Origin: Vulcanimicrobiota bacterium
GTDB lineage: Bacteria; Vulcanimicrobiota; Vulcanimicrobiia; Eremiobacterales; Eremiobacteraceae
Assembly (NCBI GenBank): GCA_963812135.1
Contig: CAWETU010000001.1
Span: 832,001 to 896,000 of the forward strand
Length of the DNA stretch: 64,000 nucleotides
Direction of reading: 5' to 3'
Made by a program: the position numbers and the translations under genes. The notes below the pieces were generated by a model. That model did no database searches. It was not told where the DNA came from and was given only the letters and a program-made list of their open reading frames with translations. Positions within the stretch are counted from its first letter, which is position 1. Every line of letters starts with the position of its first letter. Shown piece by piece: positions 28,877 through 37,468 of this stretch.

Positions 28877-30682
28877 ATGACGCCACTCGTGATCCGTTAT
28901 TGCAGCGGGGCGCTTTGCATCTGTCTGCTTGCTTGCGGTTTGGTGATGAGCGCTGCGCCGGCAATGGCAGGCGACGCATCGTACGACCAATTGCAGGCGT
29001 TGGCCCACGACACCGTGTTCGAGTGGGCCAAGCTACACCCGATCTATGCGACCACATTAGGCATTCCCGGCGAGGACGGGATGCTCGATACGCCATCGCT
29101 GGCGGAGGACGAGCACGACCTGGCCTTGATCAAGACGTGGGAGAAACGGCTCGATGCGATCCCACTGGCCGGTGAGCCGCGCCAGGTCCGCGACGATGCG
29201 GCGTTGCTGCGCGCCCAGCTCCTCGCTACGGAGCGCACCTATACCGTCTATCGCCCGGATCGCAAGGATTACTCCGGACCAGGTAATACGATCGTCCAGA
29301 CGATCTTCGTCCAGTTCCAGCACTTGCCGATCGCGGGGCAAAGTGGCGCCACGGCGTCAGACGTCCATAACGCTTGGAACGACATCATCGCGCGTCTCGA
29401 GCACGCGCCCGCGTACATCGCGGCTGGCGAGTCGATCGTGACCGAGCCTGGACACCTCCAAAACGTCGTCGGTTCCGCAGAGCTTGCCGGTGCGCCGGAT
29501 TTTTTCAGCGGCGCACTCACCACGGCCGCGAAAGCGCAGCTGCCGGCGGCTCAGTTCGAGCGCTTCGTCTCGGCACGCGACGCAACGCTGCGGGCTATGG
29601 CCAAGGAAAAAGCCTACATCGATGCGCACGTCGTCGCCTGGCCTGAGAACTTCGTGATCGGCCGGCGCGCATACGAAGCGATGCTGCGCGACGAGCAACT
29701 CATCCCGTACAGCGCTGACGCGATCGAGCATATGGCGGCGGACGAGCTGGCGCATGGATGGGCGGAGTCGTACTGGATCGAGCATCTGGCGAAACAACGC
29801 AACACGCCGCTCGGCCCCTCAACCGGCGGCGGCCTGGCGCCGGGCGGCGCCGCGCTCATCCCGTACTACCGCAAGCAGATCGCGTACTTGCGCCAATTCG
29901 TCACCGAGAATCACATCATCGACGTGCCAGCCTGGCTGGGCGAGATCAAGGTCATCGAGACGCCGAAGTTCTTGCAGCCGGTGTCACCGGGCGCGTCTAT
30001 GGATGCGCCGCGTCTCTTTTCCCCGGAGACGAACGGATTCTATCTGATCACCCCGCCGGTCTCGCTTACCGCGGCCGCGGCGCGCCTGGACCCCAACGAG
30101 GATTTCGATCGCGATCGCATCCTCTCAACAGCGGCGCACGAGGCGATGCCGGGGCACTTCCTCCAGTTCTCGATCGCGCGGCGCAACCCGGACTTCATCC
30201 GCAAGATCGCGTTCAGCTCGTCGTTCTCAGAAGGCTGGGCGTTCTACGGTGAGGAGATGTTCGTGGTGCTCTGGCTGTACGAGGGCCACCTCGACGGGCG
30301 TTACGATGTCGCCCAATGGGAGCGCGTGCGCGGCGCGCGGGCGATCGTTGACGCCAAGCTCGCGAGCGGGGAGATGACCGAGCCGCAAGCCGTCGCATAT
30401 TTCGCGGAGCAGACCGGTTTCAGCAAGGAAGCCGCGAAAGCCGCGGTCGACGGCATCGCGCTCTCGCCCGGTTTCGTCGTCGCATACACCGTCGGTCGCC
30501 AGCAGATCGAGCTGCTCGAGCACGAATATTTCGTGGCGGCGGGCGCGCATGGATCGCTTGCCGACTTCCACGATCGTCTGCTCTGCTACGGCACGACACC
30601 GTATTCCATCGTCGGACCTGAACTGCTCGACGATCTCTCAAAGCCGGTCTCGCAGGTGTGCGCGGTGACCTCGGGAGGCTGA
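28877..30682 (+). CDS. DUF885-family secreted metallopeptidase-like protein
   Basis: HEAMPGHFLQ, EGWAFYGE, FHDRLL. Confidence 0.85.
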   Translation: MTPLVIRYCSGALCICLLACGLVMSAAPAMAGDASYDQLQALAHDTVFEWAKLHPIYATTLGIPGEDGMLDTPSLAEDEHDLALIKTWEKRLDAIPLAGEPRQVRDDAALLRAQLLATERTYTVYRPDRKDYSGPGNTIVQTIFVQFQHLPIAGQSGATASDVHNAWNDIIARLEHAPAYIAAGESIVTEPGHLQNVVGSAELAGAPDFFSGALTTAAKAQLPAAQFERFVSARDATLRAMAKEKAYIDAHVVAWPENFVIGRRAYEAMLRDEQLIPYSADAIEHMAADELAHGWAESYWIEHLAKQRNTPLGPSTGGGLAPGGAALIPYYRKQIAYLRQFVTENHIIDVPAWLGEIKVIETPKFLQPVSPGASMDAPRLFSPETNGFYLITPPVSLTAAAARLDPNEDFDRDRILSTAAHEAMPGHFLQFSIARRNPDFIRKIAFSSSFSEGWAFYGEEMFVVLWLYEGHLDGRYDVAQWERVRGARAIVDAKLASGEMTEPQAVAYFAEQTGFSKEAAKAAVDGIALSPGFVVAYTVGRQQIELLEHEYFVAAGAHGSLADFHDRLLCYGTTPYSIVGPELLDDLSKPVSQVCAVTSGG

Positions 30683-30701
30683 CAAGAATTTTGAGCTTCG
30701 G

Positions 30702-31906
30702 CTAGCGCAGCGTCGGGTTGACCAGCGTCGTTCCGGGGAAATACGCCGCCAGGATTTGCGCGGCTAGCTGGCCTGCGTTCGCGCGGCCTTTCGCTCCCCA
30801 CTGGCACATGCCGACGCCATGCCCCAGGCCGTGGCCCGTAAACGTGTAGCCTTCGAGGCCGGGCAAAACGTCGAACATCGCGCTCGGCACGACCTTGTAG
30901 CCGAGCACCGAGCTGCATTGCATGTAGAAATGCTGGCCGTCGATGTCGTACGCGGGGGCGCCCGGCCGCGCGATGCGCACCGTTTTCGCCCTGCCGTCGA
31001 TCCAGCGATCCGTGACGATGATGTCGGAAAGATCGCCGACCACCCGGCTCATCGCCTCGGCGGTCACCGAGTTCTGCCACGCGAAGAATGGCGCCGGCGT
31101 GCAATACGGCCGCCCGCTATCGTCGACGTCGGCGATGCCGCCGAGATACGATGGGCCGGGCCGTCCGGTGATCTGGATGGAGGCCGCGGTGTGGCCGCCG
31201 CACACGGCGTGATAGAAGACGTCGGCCGGAGCGCCACCGGCCATCAATATCATGCCAGTGGTCGCTGTGGCGGCGGTGCTGAACGACGGCGTGATGCCGT
31301 CAATGCCGCGATAGACTTGATTCGATGTGTCGTCGGTGACATCATACGGTTTCGTCGCGCTGTGCTGCGGCGGCGCGCAACGCATACGTGCGCGCCACGA
31401 TCGCCTGTGCCTTCATCGATTCGGGCGGCCAGCCCGGGCTGATCTCAGAGACGAGCGTGGACGTGACGTACGAATCGACGTCGACCGCGTTCACCACGAG
31501 CAGCGACGACCCGATGCGCTGCAGCGAGATCGAGCCGTTGTAGTGTCTGGGCGCGATCGGGACTGACGAGACCGTGGCGGTCACGGTGAGAGGCCCCGGT
31601 AGATGAAACGCTGATGGGCGCACTACCTGGCGTTGACGATTCGCGCCGTCAAGCGGTGAGTGCGCCGCTGAGCCCATCGAACGTGAGCGTCGAAGCAGGC
31701 CGCGTGCTCGACCCGATGGAGATCAGCAGCGGCACGGTGCCGGCGATATCCACTCGCGTGACGCTTTGACCGGAGAAGAGATGCACCCGGATCGTCTGCG
31801 GCAGCGCCGGAGGGCTGGTCGGCCGAGCCAATGCGGGCCACGGCACGCTCGACGCGGCCAATGCGACGCCGCCTGCAAGAAAACCGCGGCGCGTGAATCG
31901 GTGCAC
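30702..31906 (-). pseudogene. SpoIID/LytB-domain protein with Tat signal, two frameshifts
   Basis: TRRGFL; EISPGWPPESMKAQAIVARTYA; QVYRG, CGGHT, GHGVGMCQWGA spread over three ORF pieces (breaks near 31650 and 31380). Confidence 0.85.
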
Positions 31907-31993
31907 GACCTACTCTTTGGGCTTTGATCGAACGCCTTCCTCGCCGCGCCGGAGCGCGAGGCGGCGCGCTGACGGTCACCGAAAGGGCGGCGC

Positions 31994-33175
31994 ATGTTCA
32001 TGCACTTTTTTGCATCGCTGCTCGCAGCTGTGGTGGCGGCTGTGCCCGCGACCGCTTCGCAACCAGCATTCCAAGCAAGCGGTCCCTATGCGAAGGCGCC
32101 AGGGCTTGGCATCCACATCGGCACGTTGCCGCCCGGCGCGAACGACGCCATCACCGACGTCGCCGGCGTACGTGTGGGCCACGTGACTCACATCGAAGGC
32201 CAAGGCAGGCTCGTGCCGGGTAAAGGCCCGGTGCGCACGGGCGTCACCGCAATCATCCCGCGCTCCGATATCTGGCATCGGCGCATGTACGCCGCGGCCT
32301 GGCCGCTCAACGGCAACGGCGAGATGACCGGCACAATGTGGATCAACGAATCGGGCTGGCTCGAAGTTCCGATCGTGCTCACCGACACGCTGTCGGTGGG
32401 CCGCGTGGACGACGGCGTCATCTCATGGATGATCAAGCAATATCCGGGCATCGGCGATACTGAGGACGTGCCGTTGCCGGTCGTCGCCGAGGTCAACGAC
32501 GGCTTTCTCAACGACCAAGCCGGCAGGCATAACACACCGGCCGATGCGGGAGCCGCGCTGGATGCCGCGGCGTCCGGGCCTGTGGCCCAAGGCGGCGTCG
32601 GCGCGGGGACTGGAGCGGTCGCGCTTGCGTTCAAAGGCGGCATCGGCACCGCGTCGCGCGTGCTGCCCGCATCCGACGGCGGCTATACCGTTGGCGTGCT
32701 CGTCAACATCAACACGTATGGCAGACGCCAGGATTTCCGGATCGACGGCGTGCCGGTCGGCGCCGAGATCAAAGATCTGCAGCCCGTGGAGCCGCACCCG
32801 GCCGAGGGCTCCATCATCATGATCGTGGCGACCGACGCGCCGCTGCTGCACGATCAACTGCTCGAGATCTGCAAACGCGCGGCGCTGGGTTACGCGCGCA
32901 CCGGCGGTTCGTCGCGTGAGGGCAGTGGGGATCTCATCCTCGCGTTCTCGACCGCGAACGTCGTGCCATACGGCGAGAAGAGCGCGACGTACACGACGAC
33001 GGCGCTCGACCGCGCGTTCATCAACCCGCTCTTCGTGGCGACAATCGAAGCAACCGACGAAGCGATCGTGAACGCGCTGCTCGCCGCGCAGACGATGACC
33101 GGCCGTGACGGCAATACGGTGTATGCACTGCCGCACGATCGCGTGCTCGAGATCATGCATCGTTACGGGCGTTAG
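31994..33175 (+). CDS. Secreted P1/S58 (DmpA-like) aminopeptidase
   Basis: AITDVAGVRVGH, NGNGE, FKGGIGTASR, GS autoprocessing site, GSGD. Confidence 0.9.
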   Translation: MFMHFFASLLAAVVAAVPATASQPAFQASGPYAKAPGLGIHIGTLPPGANDAITDVAGVRVGHVTHIEGQGRLVPGKGPVRTGVTAIIPRSDIWHRRMYAAAWPLNGNGEMTGTMWINESGWLEVPIVLTDTLSVGRVDDGVISWMIKQYPGIGDTEDVPLPVVAEVNDGFLNDQAGRHNTPADAGAALDAAASGPVAQGGVGAGTGAVALAFKGGIGTASRVLPASDGGYTVGVLVNINTYGRRQDFRIDGVPVGAEIKDLQPVEPHPAEGSIIMIVATDAPLLHDQLLEICKRAALGYARTGGSSREGSGDLILAFSTANVVPYGEKSATYTTTALDRAFINPLFVATIEATDEAIVNALLAAQTMTGRDGNTVYALPHDRVLEIMHRYGR

Positions 33176-33184
33176 TCAAGTCCC

Positions 33185-33688
33185 ATGGCATGGCGCCCGG
33201 TTTGCTCGACCGGCATCGTCCGCGTCGGCACCCAACGGTTGCGCGTGGCGTGGACGAGCGCGGGCGTAGCTTTTGTCGACGACGCCACGCCGACGGCTAA
33301 GCGGTTGATGGCAAAGCGGCTGAAGATGCAACTCGTCGAGCGATCGGTACCAGATGCCATTGCGGCAGCGATCAAGAAGGCGCCGCGGCTTCCAGGCGGC
33401 GACGACGTGCCTATAGACCTAAGCTGGGCGCGAGACTACGAGCGCGACGTGCTACTCGCGGCGCGGTCAATCCCGTGGGGAGAGACGAGGCCGTACTCCT
33501 GGCTCGCGCGAGAGGCGCGCCGGCCGCGAGCGGTGCGAGCGGCTGCCAGCGTCATCGCGCGCAATCCGCTCTGGTTCTTAGTTCCGTGGCACCGCGTGGT
33601 GCACAAAGACGCAAAGCCCAGGAAGCCGACGACGGCCTTCGGTAAGCTTAAGCGGAAATTGCTGGACCGCGAGGCCGCAACGCGATGA
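33185..33688 (+). CDS. MGMT-family alkyltransferase-like protein (PWHRV)
   Basis: IPWGETRPY, RAVRAA, NPLWFLVPWHRV. Confidence 0.8.
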   Translation: MAWRPVCSTGIVRVGTQRLRVAWTSAGVAFVDDATPTAKRLMAKRLKMQLVERSVPDAIAAAIKKAPRLPGGDDVPIDLSWARDYERDVLLAARSIPWGETRPYSWLAREARRPRAVRAAASVIARNPLWFLVPWHRVVHKDAKPRKPTTAFGKLKRKLLDREAATR

Positions 33689-34085
33689 GCAGCACCAGAA
33701 GAACCGCTCTTACGATCACGCTCCACAAGATCACGTGGTCTGGGAAGACGCTGGCGCGTCCGGTGACCAAGACGTAGATCTCGAGCAGCACGACGAATAC
33801 GAGCGTGACGATGAACGCATCGATGACCCCGATATAGCGCACCGGATCGCGCCACGCGCAATATGCGATATAGCTCATACCCAAGCAGATCGCGCCAAGG
33901 GCCTTGATCAAGAAGTCGATCATGATGCCGGCTGAGCCGCCCGGCCCGCCGATGAACGCGGACAACGAGCCGGTCGCGAAAAGAAGCGCGAGACCGGCGA
34001 CCAGTATGAGGATCGTGAGGAACAGAAGAAGCGCTCGAAGCGCGCTGTACGGACTGGACGGAGCCGACGCTGCGTATGCGCTCAT
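33648..34085 (-). CDS. Four-TM membrane protein
   Basis: Four hydrophobic segments; coupled to the hflX stop. Confidence 0.7.
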   Translation of the reverse strand: MSAYAASAPSSPYSALRALLLFLTILILVAGLALLFATGSLSAFIGGPGGSAGIMIDFLIKALGAICLGMSYIAYCAWRDPVRYIGVIDAFIVTLVFVVLLEIYVLVTGRASVFPDHVILWSVIVRAVLLVLLIALRPRGPAISA

Positions 34086-35173
34086 GCGGTTGCCTCCCCG
34101 TGGTTGCTGTGAAGCGCCTCTTGCATTGCGACTTTCAGATCGAGTAGGCCGGCTCCGGTTTTCGCGGACACCGCCACGCCGGCCTCGTGCGGGGCGTGGC
34201 GAACGACATCGATCTTGTTCCAGGCGATGACCGTCGGCGTTCCGCCTGCGCCGAGCTGCGCGAGCAGTGCTTCGACGGCGTCGCGTTGCCGATGCCAGAA
34301 TGGGTTGCTCACGTCGATGACGTGCACGAGCAGCGTCGCGTCGGTGACCTCTTCGAGCGTCGCTTGGAACGCCGCCACGAGCTCTTTGGGCAGATCGGTG
34401 ATGAAGCCGACCGTATCGGCGAGAATCGCATCCGATCCGTCGAAGCGGATCTTGCGCAAGGTCGGGTCGAGCGTCGCGAACGGCTGGTCAGCGACCAGCG
34501 CCTGCGCACCGGTCAACGCGTTGAGCAGCGACGACTTGCCTGCATTGGTGTAACCCACCAGCGCGATCACTGGCGTGCCCTCGCGCGTCCGACGCTGCTC
34601 GCGTCGGCGCTTGCGCACGTCGGCGAGCTGGCCGTCCAAATGCGAGATGCGCAGCCGGATCCGCCGCCGGTCGACCTCGAGCTTCGTTTCGCCTGGACCG
34701 CGCGTACCGATGCCGCCGCCCAGCCGCGACAGCTCGTCGCGCGCCCCGATGAGGTTGGCGGCTCGATGGCGCAACTGCGCGAGCTCGACTTGCAGCTTGC
34801 CTTCCGCCGTGCGCGCGTGCCGCGCGAAGATGTCTAGGATGACGACGTTGCGGTCGGCGACAAACGCGTTCGTGCCGACGATCTTCTCGAGCGCCGTACG
34901 CTGTCGTGGCCGCAGCGGGTTGAGCAAGATGATGCCGTCCGCTTTGCGCTCGCGCGCCAAAGCGGCGAGCTCGTGCGCCTTGCCGGCACCGACCAGCGTG
35001 GACGGATCGACCTTCGGACGACGCTGCACGACGCGCGCGATGACCTGGGCGCCCGCGGCACGCGCCAGTGCCTCGAGCTCGTCCATCTCGACGTCGAACA
35101 GCACATGGTCGTCGCCGGTATCCACGCCGGCGACGATGACGCGTTCGGGCCCCGGCTGGGTCGAGTGCAGCAT
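34082..35173 (-). CDS. hflX: Ribosome-splitting GTPase HflX
   Basis: EGKLQVELAQ, RGPGETKLE, GYTNAGKSS, FATLD, DTVGFI, NKID. Confidence 0.95.
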   Translation of the reverse strand: MLHSTQPGPERVIVAGVDTGDDHVLFDVEMDELEALARAAGAQVIARVVQRRPKVDPSTLVGAGKAHELAALARERKADGIILLNPLRPRQRTALEKIVGTNAFVADRNVVILDIFARHARTAEGKLQVELAQLRHRAANLIGARDELSRLGGGIGTRGPGETKLEVDRRRIRLRISHLDGQLADVRKRRREQRRTREGTPVIALVGYTNAGKSSLLNALTGAQALVADQPFATLDPTLRKIRFDGSDAILADTVGFITDLPKELVAAFQATLEEVTDATLLVHVIDVSNPFWHRQRDAVEALLAQLGAGGTPTVIAWNKIDVVRHAPHEAGVAVSAKTGAGLLDLKVAMQEALHSNHGEATA

Positions 35174-35205
35174 AGTCAATGAAGATACGACGCCCGATAA
35201 CAAGA

Positions 35206-35262
35206 GTCCCCGAGCGTTCGCTCGGGGACCACACCCGAGCTGCGCTCGGGTACTACATTCTT
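35206..35262 (-). repeat. REP family 2 doublet
   Basis: Plus strand GTCCCCGAGCGTTCGCTCGGGGAC followed by ACCCGAGCTGCGCTCGGGTACTACATTCTT. Confidence 0.8.
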
Positions 35263-35271
35263 ATGCGATGA

Positions 35272-35670
35272 TCAAGAGACGGCGCTCAGCGATGCGCCAT
35301 TTTTGCGCAGGCCGAACGGATGGTCCGCCACGGGCGTCAATGGTGAAAAGCGTAGTTGGTTTTGATAGGTGGAGACGAGCAGCTCGATGCCGCCGTGCAC
35401 GCTGTTCTCCTCGGCGACGCATTTGGAAAGCTTCTTGAGCATGTACTCTTCAAGGTTGCGAAGCGCGTGCTGCCAGTAGTCGTCTTTGGTGAGCTTCGAA
35501 CCGTCGAAATGGTTCTTGTCGACGAGCCAAACAAAAACCGGCTCGCTGCCTTCCCGGAACCCCAGTACGAAGAGGGGTGTTGGCTGCGCTGCCGGTTCGG
35601 AGTCGGGGTAGAACGAGCAGATCGTATAGAATTCGAGCAGAACGTGTTCGGGCTCGATGGGTTTACTCAC
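35272..35670 (-). CDS. Hypothetical protein
   Basis: AGGAGG RBS before GTG; coding-like composition. Confidence 0.7.
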   Translation of the reverse strand: MSKPIEPEHVLLEFYTICSFYPDSEPAAQPTPLFVLGFREGSEPVFVWLVDKNHFDGSKLTKDDYWQHALRNLEEYMLKKLSKCVAEENSVHGGIELLVSTYQNQLRFSPLTPVADHPFGLRKNGASLSAVS

Positions 35671-35882
35671 GAACGCCTCCTGAATCGGTCGGTGTCAGCG
35701 ACCGGACTTGCAAGTCGGACGCGCGCGCGCGGCGTGGTTGGTCCGTTGCTCGGTTTTCGGCGCGTGCGCAAACGGGTCCCTGTGCACATCGATGCAGACT
35801 CATCAGGCTGGGAAGGACTGCGCCCGTCCCACGGCGCAAACCGCCCGGGGGCCCGAGTTCTCTAGAAGTCAGGCTCAAAAGC

Positions 35883-36674
35883 ATGCATGTGCCGCCGCCG
35901 TTCTTCATTCAAATCTCCGATACGCACCTATTCGAGGATGCGGCCGCCAAGCTATGGGACGTCGCGCCCGACCAGGCGATGGATGCGGCGATCGATGCGC
36001 TTGCCCAACTCGACGGCAAACCCAGCTTCATCCTCGTGACCGGCGACTGCTCGGCCGATGGGAGCGAAGCTTCCTATTTACGGCTGGCCGGCAAACTCCA
36101 GCGGCTCGGCGCGCCGGCCTACTACCTCCCGGGCAATCACGATGACGCCCAGCGCATGGCGCGGCTGCTGGCCGGCTTGACCATCGGTCCGGGAGACAAG
36201 CTCACGCAAGATTTCGAATCGGACGGCTGGCGCTTCTTGCTGCTCGACAGCTCGGTCCCCGGTCAGGACTGGGGCGCGCTCGGCAAAGAGCAGATCGACT
36301 GGCTGCGCGACGAGCTCGCCAAACAACCCGACAAGCCGACGATGGTCGTCGTCCACCACAATCCGCTGCCGGTCGGTTCGGCGTGGCTGGACACGATGAC
36401 GATCGCGGATACGGACCAGCTTTTGCCGGTTCTTGATGGCGCTCCGCAGGTTCGCGCGGTGCTGTACGGGCACGTCCATCAGGAATCACGCGAACAGCGT
36501 GGCGGCGCCACGTACATGAGCGCGCCGTCGACGTTTTTCCAGTTCAAGCCTAAGGCGCCGACCTTCGGCTCCGACGCGCTGCCATCAGGAGCGCGCATCG
36601 TCCATTTGGAGCCAGGCGGGTTCACGAGCGCGGTGATGCGCTTCGGGGAGCCTTTGCCGCCGCTCATGACATAG
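35883..36674 (+). CDS. CpdA-like metallophosphoesterase (cAMP phosphodiesterase)
   Basis: SDTH, TGD, PGNHD, HH, GHVH. Confidence 0.88.
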   Translation: MHVPPPFFIQISDTHLFEDAAAKLWDVAPDQAMDAAIDALAQLDGKPSFILVTGDCSADGSEASYLRLAGKLQRLGAPAYYLPGNHDDAQRMARLLAGLTIGPGDKLTQDFESDGWRFLLLDSSVPGQDWGALGKEQIDWLRDELAKQPDKPTMVVVHHNPLPVGSAWLDTMTIADTDQLLPVLDGAPQVRAVLYGHVHQESREQRGGATYMSAPSTFFQFKPKAPTFGSDALPSGARIVHLEPGGFTSAVMRFGEPLPPLMT

Positions 36675-36677
36675 CCT

Positions 36678-36863
36678 TTATCGCTTCGGCTGTATAACGT
36701 CTGCGGACGCCGACTCAAAGATGAGCCGGCGAAGTTCAGCCGCAGATGGTGCGAGCCAAGTAGCCTTGCTGACCGCATCGATGATCCTACATCGTAGTCC
36801 GCCTCCAGGCAGGCGCAGGAAGCGGACTATCAAGTATTCGCAATCGTCGTCAGAATCGAACAT
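36678..36863 (-). CDS. Small hypothetical protein
   Basis: ATG 1 nt after the lipoprotein stop; 61 aa. Confidence 0.5.
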   Translation of the reverse strand: MFDSDDDCEYLIVRFLRLPGGGLRCRIIDAVSKATWLAPSAAELRRLIFESASADVIQPKR

Positions 36864-36864
36864 G

Positions 36865-37335
36865 TCAGATGTAGTCGATATATGTGGAGTTCCCAATGGC
36901 GTCGCTAATGACGATGTGACCCCGGATTCCATAGCCGGTGAACTTGTGAACTAAGAACGGGAAAGATGGTCCGTTTCCGGATGATGGGTTGACGGTCAAG
37001 CGGCTGGAGCCTCCCGATATCGTAATCGGGCCGGTGTATCCGATTTCGCTCACGGTGTACAGGGTGGACCAGCCGGCATAGAGACCGCTGCTCATGATGC
37101 GACACGGGCAGACAGCTCCAGTTGGCGAGACCACCTGCAACGGATTGGTTGTTGGCGGCGGCGTTGGGGTCGGTGGCGGCGGAGTCGGAGTCGAGAGTGG
37201 GGTCGCGGTAGCAACCATGGTCGGCGGTGGCGGTGGCGGCGGCGGTTGAAACGCCGATACGCCGCCGCAAGCTGCTAGAATGCTTGCAGCTAGCAGGCCG
37301 CTCGTCAGGTACTTTAAGGACACATGGATATTCAT
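36865..37335 (-). CDS. Proline-rich lipoprotein
   Basis: Lipobox LAAC, poly-Pro/PT linker, beta-rich C-terminus. Confidence 0.75.
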   Translation of the reverse strand: MNIHVSLKYLTSGLLAASILAACGGVSAFQPPPPPPPPTMVATATPLSTPTPPPPTPTPPPTTNPLQVVSPTGAVCPCRIMSSGLYAGWSTLYTVSEIGYTGPITISGGSSRLTVNPSSGNGPSFPFLVHKFTGYGIRGHIVISDAIGNSTYIDYI

Positions 37336-37468
37336 AATGCTTCCCTTCTTGGTCAGGCGCCGTCTCAAGGATGGCGCCGTGTATAGAAGAAGCATAAAGA
37401 GCCGTCGTGTCTCCATCATAAAACTAGGGGCTAAATTTCAATTGCTGTCCCGAGGAGCGCGTTTCTAG

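Noticed and set aside
35760..35820. CTGATGAG on the minus strand suggesting a hammerhead ribozyme
   Set aside because: No GAAA directly after stem II and no flanking stems
37150..37245. GGC/GGT tandem repeats
   Set aside because: Simply encode the poly-Pro linker of the lipoprotein
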